Shown here one piece after another: positions 26,201 to 36,571 of a stretch of DNA of 64,000 bases; position 1 is the first letter of the stretch; each line of letters opens with the position of its first letter. The translations under genes and the position numbers were made by a program. The stretch lies in NCBI GenBank assembly GCA_050084515.1, contig CM114271.1, forward strand, positions 47,740,001 to 47,804,000, in the 5' to 3' direction. The notes beneath the pieces are model-generated. The model did no database searches. It was not told the origin of the DNA and saw only the letters and a program-made list of their open reading frames with translations. Origin of the DNA: Blasia pusilla (lineage: Eukaryota).

Positions 26201-27327
26201 AGGATGAGTGTGGGAGCCAACATGAATCGCCACCTTGTATACTACGGCGTGGAGCCCAAGTCGTGGACAATGAAAAATATGTATGCAGGACACGCTCCAA
26301 CGCAGATGGGCGATGCCTGACAATGAGGACATCGATGGCCTCCTGGCGGTATGGTGGCACCGACCTCATATGGAGTTTCTGCATTCTTGGGAGGGAATTG
26401 CGACGTATTGACTCGCCCGTTGCACTCTAGATACGGGCATGCTGGACTTCTACACTCCAAGGCTCCCACGCATTGGCGGCGGGAGACAATCAGGACCATC
26501 TGGAATTGAAGCACTGGTCCGTTGAAGCGCACCATCGATGACAATCGACTTTTCGTCCATACCCTTCGGCATCCTCCATCCTTCTTTTGAGCAGAGCGGC
26601 AAGTGGAGGCAACTCAAAAATGCAATTACCATCGATCGCGTGGCGGCAAATCGACAAGAATGTGCTTGAACATTTTCAAGGGCGAGACGAAAGCAAACTA
26701 TTGCCGATACTCGCAAGAGAGAACGAGTAGGCGGACAGAGGGCCGATTGGTGCGGACAGATCCACCGAGGTTGATAACATCCAAATCTCTTCGGGAAAAA
26801 CAACATTGTTACGAGCCTGCGAAGTTGGAGTCGGCCGGATCTGCAGAGCTTGGAGTTGCAAACGAGAGCTCGGAGCACTAGGAAATTCTAGACCGTCTAC
26901 TTGGGAAACAGACAAATTCGGGCGGGCCATAAACTTTGTATTGACCATTTGGTAGAGGTAGGAGATTCCATACTTTACGATGCGAGGTCTTTGGCTGGAC
27001 CGTCTCACCTATTATGTCTTCCGTGCCGTCCACCTAACATCTTTGGATACAAAGATGGTTCCAATTGAAGAAGAAATCGAAGCAGACATAAAATTTTCAT
27101 CCCTTTGCTATGAAAGACTCACGAGCTTGGGGTCGAATGATTTTACGATTGAGGAAGGGCCATGATGATAGCGCCACAAGTGAGCTTAACATAATTATCC
27201 ATTCCAAGAAGATTCCAACGGGAGGAGACTGAGAATGAGAATATTTAATTTATAATGAATAGGAAACAGATACTCCTGACAGATTTTTACTGACAAGATG
27301 AATTCGGTGGGTGACATTGTCTGACAT
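23284..27327 (-). pseudogene. Mutator-like (MULE) DDE transposase with a Cys/His-rich GCM-like N-terminal domain and a C-terminal SWIM zinc finger; spliced, with frameshifts
   Basis: CVGALECRSPAC..CPHC..C.A..HVGSHTHP; WVSFDICY..YGFMADNA..AIRELF..AFH; WLSWW; NISGAESVHSSW; SWIM CSCDDF..PCKHMYYVL. An intron at 24770-25207 has GTGAGT/TGCAG boundaries. Probable start ATG at ~27327. Confidence 0.78.
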
Positions 27328-27409
27328 AATGGATCCAATTCTGTAACACATTCAATTCTGTTGCAATATGTTACCGGATTTGGGAAGTAGAGGGTTGTGC
27401 ATCACACTT

Positions 27410-28130
27410 GGAACCCGTCGGAGTCCTGGTAACTCAAAAATTACCCGAAGCTAACCGAAGCCTGCAACCCGTCGGCATCGGACGGGTTGCACACTTTTGC
27501 TAAACATTGTCGAAGCGAGCAACCCGTCGCTCTCTGACAAGTTGCTCGGATACCGATCCTTCTTGCCCGAAGATGCCGGAGGCGTGCAAACCGTCTGTTC
27601 TCGACGAGTTCCGCGGGTGCCTCGCCTTTTAGCCCAAAGACGGCGAGGCGTGCAACCCGTCGCCCTCCAACGGGTTGAGCAAGGGCCTCGCCTTGTGGTG
27701 CAGCCAGCCAGACTCCAACGACTTGCACGGGAAGCCCTCGTTCTTAACCCTTGATGAGGGAAGCGTGCAACCCAACGGTCTCCGACGGATTGCCCAAGAT
27801 ACGTCCCGTTCCCGTCCCAAACACGGCGGAGGCGCGCAACATGTCGGTCTCCGACGGGTTGCGCGGGTACCTCGCGTTGTTTTCCGAAGACGACGGAGGC
27901 GCTCAACTCGTCGGTCTCCGACGGGTTGCTCGCGCACGTGGCAACTTACCCAGGATGGCGGAGGCGCCCAACATGTCGGTCTCCGACGGGTTGCGCGGGT
28001 ACCTCGCGTTCTTTTCCGAAGACGACGGAGGCGCTCAACCAGTCGGTCTCCGACGGGTTGCTCGCGCACGTGGCGACGTACCCAGGATGGCGGAGCCGCG
28101 CAACCTGTCGGATTCCGACGGGTTGCCATT
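27410..28130. repeat. Array of ~27-bp palindromes (GCAACCCGTCGGANTCCGACGGGTTGC) at ~55-70 bp spacing, including a 132-bp tandem unit (starts 27825, 27957, 28089)
   Basis: Directly visible. It lies between the divergent starts of the transposase and the cargo gene. Confidence 0.9.
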
Positions 28131-28214
28131 TTTCACGTCCGGACTTCCGTAACATCCGGCACGTCGCCGTCGAAAGGACGACGGGACCCAACGGTCGCCC
28201 AACGGCTAGAAAAG

Positions 28215-28222
28215 TATAAATA
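28215..28222 (+). promoter_or_regulatory. Putative TATA box of the cargo gene
   Basis: TATAAATA just downstream of the palindrome array, followed by a pyrimidine-rich leader and an ATG at 28497. Confidence 0.5.
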
Positions 28223-28496
28223 GGGCAAAAATCGCTCATTTCCGGTTTCTCATTTCGCGATCTTCATTCCTCACTCCTCACTCTCCCGCGCAGCAGCTGA
28301 TCAGATACGAAGGGGCATTTCACACGGCGACACATCGCAAGTCAATAGGAGGGAACGAGAGCAAGACGGTTCGACCGAGCGATAGCGGGACGATTCGAGC
28401 TAACCATCAAGGCGATTCGAGCTCCCATCTCAACATCAGCAAGGCAACTGATCAAGGGATTCGTCGTGGACATAGGTGGAGGCATTTCCGGAAAAA

Positions 28497-31400
28497 ATGA
28501 CGAGGAAAAAACCACAAGCCAACAAGTCTGGGAGCTTCACTCCGAAGTCCATTAGGACTCCTGCGTCAGCTTCTCCTGGGCCTCGTTCGGCGAATGAAAT
28601 TAGGCAGCAGGAAAGCAAGGAGCGGGAAAGGGAAGCGGAGATGCACAACCAAGTGCTTCTTGCGAGACGTGTTCAAGAGGCGCTAGATAAACAGAATGCA
28701 GAGGCCGAGACGTCGCAGCCTTGAAGAAAAGGATCGCCGACGAAAAGAGAGAAAAGAAGCGTCTGGACGCGTTGGTGAGGAGGGCAGAATTGGCTAAAGC
28801 GAGGAGGGAAAAAGCGATAGCCATTGAAGATATCCCAGCCCGTCCAACCGCAAGTGTTGAGATGCGGGAAATGTCCCCCACGAAGTCCGGGGACACAATC
28901 AACATAGTGGAAACGCCAGAAGTTGAAATCGATGACGACGAGGTCATGAGGACCGCCAGCGTGGAGATGGTGGACATGGCCGAAGAAGCCGGAGAGCGGT
29001 CATTCTCGACTCCAAGCCCGGTGGAGGACATCGACCTCTATTGGATCGACGAGTTCCCAGTCGATTTGCCAGCCTCTGTCTCAGACAAGTTAGCTGGTCA
29101 AGAAACCGACCCCATTTTCGAGCGGGTAAGAGAGGTTCTGGGTTTTTTTAATTATGTGAATTGCAATTATTTGGGATTTCAGTGTAGCTTATTCCTCTTG
29201 TCCCGATTTTGATAGGTGGTAAAGCAGATGGCACTCATGGAGGGCCACAACGCCCCGAGGATTCCACTCTGCCGATTGCGGACAATGGAATACGTCCGCA
29301 AAATTCAGTCCGACGAGGACATCGCGAAGCTAAAACAATCGGGCGGCGGATAAAGATCCATCCTCGTCGACAACTTTCCTCCCTTCTATGTTCAGCCTTA
29401 CGACGAGCATGGAACCCAAGCTCTGGTTACCGAGGAGGACTTGGAAAAGCTCGACACATTCTGGAGGATGCGAGACCAGGACTTCAGAAGGCAAGTTGAG
29501 GGCACGGAATTCAGCTGGATGAGGAATCTGCATTTCTTCATCTGGGATGGAAATCACATGTTCATGGCGTGGACCAAGTTTGCGGAGGAGCGGCCCAACT
29601 CATTGGAGGCACATTTCTACGTGAAGGGAGTGGTCCACCCATACCCTCGATCACATGGCAACGGTGGAGATGGCAATGCATGCCATGAACACGTGAGTAT
29701 CTTTAACACTTTTGCAACTCGTCGGACTCGATGAGTTGCTCGATTGATGAATGGGTTAGGTTTGGTTTTGCCGAAAGCAACTCGTCGGACTCCGACGGGT
29801 TGTTGGACTGCACGCTTTTTCGGATGTTTTTTTAAGATTGCAACTCGTCGGACTCCGACGACTTGTTTGATTGAACATAGATTTAACTTGTTTTTGGCCC
29901 AAAGCAAACCGTCGGACTCCGACGGTTTGCTTACCAGGCATTAGCAAATCTGAATGCAATCCGTCGGACTCTGACGGGTTGCATCATTTAGCTCGTTGCT
30001 AGAATCCGACCTTGAGCTGTGACGACCCGTCAGAGTCCGACGGGTTGCAGGAACCCATGTAATTTCTGACGGGTTGAGTTTGGATGTGCAGGATTGTATT
30101 GGAGGGAATGTCACCCACCACCTGGATCGGGGCTGCGATCGGGTGAGGAAGGTGCTTACGACACACCCGGGAGAGTCTGAGGGGTTCTTGGCGATGCCTC
30201 GTCAATCAGATGCTTGCAAAGGGTGCTCAGATTAAGAAGAAAACTTGGCCAAACAAGTTTATTTCTCAAGATGCAGCCGTAACCATCCTTTGCTGGTCGA
30301 AGATACAGGCCGCGAAGAAAAGCGCAACATTGGAGCTAGAGCGGAGGGAGAAGGTATCGTGTCTCGGCGCCAAATTCATCAAGCCGCTATATCTCTACAA
30401 CAACGAAATACACGGCGAGCAAGATGCAGCGATACATCAGCATTCTCAACCCCGAATTTGGTCCGAGTTCTACAAGGAGCCGAAGGCGATTATCAGCGCC
30501 CGTGAAGAGGGATGAAGATCCGCATGGTCGGATTGGGAGAAAGTGTCGCTGGATCGCGTGCATCGGTTTGCGTTGTCCGGGATAAGCGAGTTGGGGAGGA
30601 TATGACTGATGAAAATCAGTCTCGAGGGCTCGAGGCAGAAGAGGGCGCACACCATCCTCGGGTGTGTCCGATCCGATGATCTCGCATTGGCTACGCGAAT
30701 GGTCGTTCGGGGCGCGTTGCGGGTAATCGGAAGTCCGTCTTTGGGCGGTGCAAGCGAGCTCGAAGATTAGAGCCCATTCGCCGAAGCAAACCTTGAAAGT
30801 TACGGAGATTTCGAGGTTTGGCTCGACGACATCGGGACAAGCCAACCAAAAACCAGGATTCAAGACCATGTTCAAGGTTTGCGTCCTCCTCAAAGCAGAG
30901 CTTTGACGAAGAAGTAGAGGGGAACAAGCGGGATCAAGCGAAGAAGAAGCGAGATCTGAGAGTAGACGGCGGTCTGTTTGACTAAAAGCTGCCCAATGGA
31001 TGGTCTTGGTACCTCGTCCGATGTAAAAACGCAGTGCGTGGGGAAAATTACCGGTAGCCTTGAAATTGTGGGCTTCGCCGCCGGATGCAGAGACATTCTC
31101 CATGTACGACGTGGAGATGGGGCAGCACATGTCCGATTGGGAGGTGGAGAATTGCCCCATTTGGCTCGACTTCAACGACCTTGAAGACATCACGGATCAG
31201 GACTTACGAGTGCTTCATGATGCAGTGGCCTCAGGACAAGACGACATCCCCAATTTCGCCCAGCCTGAAGACTTCTTCGGAGGAGATGTAGAAGAGCAGG
31301 CCCACGAGACAGCTGCGTTGGCTTCCAAGGTCCGCACAGCCAAAGACAAATCCACAGCGGGACTCAAAGGCAAGGCGAGGGGAGGGAAAAATTCATAGGC

Positions 31401-33011
31401 CAAGTCTTCCCAAAGAGAGGCTGAAGATTCAAGGCCAGAGGCGGAATCGTCCAGACGAGCGGGGAGAGAGGGTCGGACCAGGTCCTCGGCAAAATAAACG
31501 CCACCAGAATCTGAGGTCATAGAAACCCCGACAAGCCGTCCCCAGGCTAGGGAGAAGCGGAAGCGAGAGGTGCCCGGGGTTGTCTCAAGGAGAATACAGC
31601 CCATCATCCTTGGGAAGACACAGACAAACAACGATCCGGACAAGCGTCCTCCTTCAGTTCACTCCTTTACTAGATGAGCTGAAGAGCTTCAATTCTCAAG
31701 CATCGACACCAGCCATCGAAAAATTGACAACGCTGGGACAGAAGCTCCAACGAAACGGGCACGCTGCGTGGACGGTGAATGGAGTGGTCGAAGAGGTTGC
31801 GGTGGATCTCTTGAGGTACCTGAGTGGAATGTGCCGCTCACTTATGACCAGATTGCACTTTTGTTCTCCTTTGCAGACGCCTATCTGAGTGACAAGGGCT
31901 GCTTCTTGGTGTTGACTGGAGGGAGCGAGGACGAGCTCTTCAACCTCTTGTGCGTCAAGAGGTCGCTAAAGTGGAGGACGGCACAATCGTGGATCATCAA
32001 AAACGAGTACCCACTCCGATCCGCGACGAGTCAGATTCGGGTAAGGCTCAATTCTTGTACTATAATTTCAATTATATTTTAATGATGTGTATAATGAGAG
32101 TCAATCTGGGTTTTTTTTGTCCGTGAGCAACCCGTCGGAAGGCGACGGGTTGTTGGCTTAGAGCAGCCCATGCTCGGCTAAGAGCAACCCGTCGGTTTCC
32201 AATGGGTTGCATCTTTCCCACATACAGGGAAAACATGCTCGCCTGATAGCGACGGGTTGCTCTCAGGCGAGCATGGGCTGCTCTAGGCCAGCAACCCGTC
32301 GCCTTCCGACGGGTTGCATCCAAAAACCAAAATCAACTGGGAAAACCCAAAAGCAACTGCAACCCGTCGGGTTCCGACCGGATGGTCCGAGACAAAACAA
32401 CCCGTCGGACTCCGACAGGTTCATCCAAAGTCAGTTATTGAAAATGTTTTCAAGGCGACTTCTTTAGTTTCTGACATTGTTTCCAACGTGTTGATTTAGA
32501 GATGGACCACTCCTACTTCTCTTTGCCCGTTCGCCCGAGCACAATTTCCAGGTGTTCAAGATCCAGGATCCTGTGGATCCATGCTCGATGGGTGCGGCTT
32601 AGATAGTTTGTACAATTCCCCGGAATTTACATGCAAGACAAGATACCCCCTTGGGAGGGGAGGAAGGAAAAGTCGCCGACCACGATACAAACGCTCATCG
32701 AGCTCTGCTCAAGGCCGGGTGACTTGGTGTTGGACTTAGTGGGACTTTCAAGGGCAAGTATCAAAGGCGCCTGGCAGAGTGGCAGGAACATTCTCTGCCT
32801 CGAGGGAAGGCAAGAACTGTTTGACCTTTGCAAGGAGGCAAAGGCAGAATACGAAAGGCTCGTTGGGGCGTACAACTCTCCACCGAAGCCGAGAGCTCCG
32901 GTTCTAGAGCCACCCTTGGTAGTGACTCCATCGTCACTTCCAACAATTCCCAAAATCGGGAGGGCAAGGCCGAAAGTGATTTTGCAAGAGCTCTCGGACG
33001 ATGACGAGTGA
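28497..33011 (+). pseudogene. Spliced cargo gene: charged N-terminus, ParB/Srx-like domain, C-terminal beta-class N4-cytosine/N6-adenine DNA methyltransferase-like domain; disrupted
   Basis: RIPLCRLRTMEYVR..FFIWDGNH (29546-29557, DGNHR-like). Motif IV-like VDLLMADLPSG is intact only in the inverted copy and deleted at ~31813 here. Also LFSFADAYLSDKGCFLV and EKSPTTIQTLIELCSRPGDLVLDLVGLS..GAWQSGRNILCLE (motif X-I-II-like). Introns at 29126-29215, ~29693-30091 and ~32041-32498. Confidence 0.65.
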
Positions 33012-33799
33012 GTTCAAAGAACTTAACGACCCAGCTTGACTGCAGCGTTTGGAGTAGGGAGTTTTTTGATAATGAGGCAAAAGATTTCATAGAATAGATC
33101 AAATGTACAGTTCCGAGCTTTTTTCGGATGACATAAAGCAGAAGATTTTGTCGATCGATGGTGGTGCTTGTAAATGTTTGCTGATCATTTTTTGTCTTTT
33201 CGAATGTGATTGTCTATGTACTCCACGGACTTCTACTTTGCAACCCGTCGGATTTCTCCTGCTTGCAACTTTCACTTTATGACCATTGCAACCCGTCGGA
33301 TTTCTCCTCCTTGCAACTTTTCGCTTTTTGAATTTAAACCATACAAGGACATACTACATCCCAAGTGAGACTAGGTTTGAGTAACCCTAGTAGGGCAGAT
33401 GCTCACAATTTCAAGTTGTGACAAAAGGAGCATGAAAGAGCTCATATCCTAGGTAGAAAAAGACTTTGATGCCCTTTTCGAGAGTCTAAGGGTGGAGCTA
33501 CTATATCTATCTTGAGAATGGAGGAGAATTTGAGAAGATATGGATGGTCCCATCTTTGTCGGGTACCAAAATCCAGAGATGGATGGGACTCGTCGAATGA
33601 TGAGTGGCTCGCTCACGAGCAAGCCATCAAGCGGGAGCAAGGGGAGAAAATGATGCAAATAGCCTTGCATGGTGTTCAACTTCAGCAAGAAAGTGTAAAC
33701 CGGGATTTCCAAGACTTAGATGTTGGCCTTGATATCCATCAGATGCTAGATTAAATTTTCCAGCAATATGACATACTTCATGAAGTTGAAGATGGGGAT

Positions 33800-36570
33800 G
33801 ACGATGCAGATGGGATAGAGCCTGCCAATGAGGAATGCAAAGAGGGAAGTGGAAACAAGGGACCAGAGTACGATGAGCTAGCGGACAAATGCAAGCCATT
33901 ATTTCCCGTTGCTAAAACTTCAGTACTTGCTTTTGTGATGTTGATGTTTAATATCCAAACCACCCATAGCATCCCAAATGTTGCTCTAAACGAGATCTTG
34001 AAAGCTTTGGGCAAGATTGTTCTTCCCACAATAAACATGGTTCCCCCAAGCTATTATGCTGCCAGTAAACTAATCGGTAAGTTGGGGATGGGTTACAATT
34101 CCATCCACGCATGCCCTAGTGGATGTGTCCTCTTTCAGGGAGACTTAATGGCTGTAGATAATTGCCCAATGTGTGGTAAGTCTAGGTTCAAGCAAATGGG
34201 AAGGTCATTGGTGCCCTCTAAAGTTCCTTTCAACATTTCCTTGTTATCCCTAGGCTGAACCGGATGTTTAGATGTAAGACCTTGTCTGAATTATTAACTT
34301 GGGCACGAGATAACAAGAGCAAGGATGGATTGGTGAGGCAAATTGCTGATAGCAAGGCGTGGAAGCATATGGACAATGGTGTAAGCCCTTTTTTTGACAA
34401 ATCAAGCTCATGGTCAACCTGTCCAGTGCTATTGTTAAACTACAATCTGCCTCCTTGGCTGCAAACCAAGAAAATTTTCATGATGTTCGCTCTAATTATA
34501 CCCAGGAAGAAGAGTGTCAATGCCCAAAACATTGACATATTTTTACTTCCTTTAGTAGAAGAGTTCCAAGAGTTGTGGAAAGAAGTCCAATTTCAAGATG
34601 TTAGGAAGTTATAAGGCTATTGGAATTTCACTTTTAGGGCAAGTCTCATCTGGACCATAAATGATTGTCGTGCATATGGAACCATAGTTGGACAAAGTCA
34701 TGGGGAAAAGCTTGGGTGTGCCATATGTGGACCAAGTGTTGATTCTAATTTTTCAAAATCGTGTGGAAAGCCCATATATGGTTTTCATCAGAGTTACCTT
34801 CCGATGAGTCACCAATGGAGGAGTCGTAGATTTGGTGCATATTTCAATGGGAATGCAGAGCTTAGAGGCCCCGTGCCTAGATTGACGGCCCAAGACATTC
34901 TATTATGGGCTAATGAGAAAAAATAGTATGACGAGAGTGGGGGTCACGAAGACGGGCAAGATGATCCTTACAAGAGGACCCGAGTTTAAAGGAGGAGCAT
35001 TCTATTTGGTCTCCCCTACTAGGAAGTATCCATCCTATGTGTATGAACTAGTAATTTGTTGTGGTACTGATTCTTTCTAAAATTGGTGTGTTTTGTGTGA
35101 GGGTATTTTTACTTCCTTAATACATTTTCAGCATCTTCTTATATGGCATACATAAGATGTCACGCATGTGGAGAAGAATATAGCTGAAAATTTGGTGAAG
35201 ACCTTATGGGGAGTTAAAGATACGATCAAAGTCAGGAAAGACATGGAGGCTCGCGGTATAAGGTCCCATTTGTGGTTGCAACCACATCCCAGTAGAGCGC
35301 AAGGACTATTGAAACCTCTTGCTGATTATTGTCTCACTGCCCATGAGTTAAATATCTTCATATCCAGTACAACAGCTGAAAGTGCCATCTGGTTATTGCA
35401 AGGAATTACGCAAGCATGTTGTAGCTCGCAAGTTAGGAAACATGAAGTCACATGACTACCATGTTTTCATTCACCAAATTCTACCTTATTGCGTCCGTGG
35501 TCTCTTGAAGGACCCTGTGAGGATGACAATCTTGAGATTATCTCAGATTTTGCAAATAGTGTGTTTGAAAGTTTATGATCCAGCCACCTTTGAAAAACTT
35601 CGTGAAGATACAACCTTGACACTATGTCTTTTAGAAATGGATTTCCCACCATCTTTTTTGATGTGATGACATATCTCCGAATTCGTTTTGTCGAGGAGTT
35701 AGACATTTGTGGACAAGTGGCTTGTCATTGGATGTATCCAATAGAGAGATATATGGTATACATGAAGAAGTAGGTGCGATCAAAAGCCCGTCTCGAAGGT
35801 TGTATGGCTGAGGGGTATGTAAGGGATGAGGCAATAGGCTTTGTAACAGAGTGCATGAAATGCTTTGAAGACATCAAGACCCGACTGTGGGATGATGGTG
35901 AGGAAGATGGTGTTGCCGGTGAAGATCTTGAGGGTGTAGGAACTCCTATTCGACTATCCAAGGAGCTTATCAAATTCGCACATCATTTTGTGTTACACAA
36001 CACTGAGTCCATGGTTGTATGGCATAGATGAAGTACTTCTGTTCTTTTTTATTTGATGTGTAGACATGGTGAATGTATTCCATTTTGAAAAATTTTGTAT
36101 TCAAATCACCATTAAAGATGTCTAATGTCCTTGCAACTGTTGTTGGAAAGGAAGTACGAGTCTGAAAATACAAGCTTACCTTTTGAGGATTGGATTCATC
36201 TTGCTGTTATCCAAGATGCCATAACCCATAATAGAGAATTTGATCCTCAAGTCCTATCCTTATCAATTCCTCCTAATGCCAAATCTCTTTCTTATAAGAG
36301 TATGAAAGCTTAGGGAATCCACTATAGGGTAGAAGGAGTAAATGGCTCCAATGAGTTTACAACCTACGATAGTGGTATAGGGGTTGTCTTTCTTGATGAG
36401 AAGTCTCCTCTTCAGAACTCTACATACTCTTATGTTGGGATGTTAGTGGACATATTGTCCCTTGATTATGGTATGGTAGATCAACCGATTGCTTTGATGA
36501 GAGAGAGGTGGGTAAAGGCAGATTGGAACTCACGACATGCTTCCATGAAGATAGCCAAAGAGGGATTCTT
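33800..36570 (+). pseudogene. CACTA/En-Spm (TnpD-like) transposase fragment, decayed
   Basis: IHACPSGCVLF..CPMCGKSRF; STCPVLLLNYNLPPW; IDIFLLPLVEEFQELW; IDVTHVEKNIAENL; MKSHDYHVF; WMYPIERY..RSKARLEGCMAEGY. Confidence 0.9.
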
Positions 36571-36571
36571 A

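Noticed and set aside
27410-28130. CRISPR-like array of regularly spaced palindromes
   Set aside because: The spacers are related to each other (132-bp tandem unit), the repeats vary and recur in introns across the element, there are no cas genes, and the context is eukaryotic.
27441-28239. Overlapping 95-182 aa ORFs on both strands
   Set aside because: They are by-products of GC-rich palindromic repeats that lack stop codons.
30387-31643. Minus-strand ORFs of 268 and 142 aa
   Set aside because: They are antisense shadows of the + strand cargo gene and have no motifs of their own.
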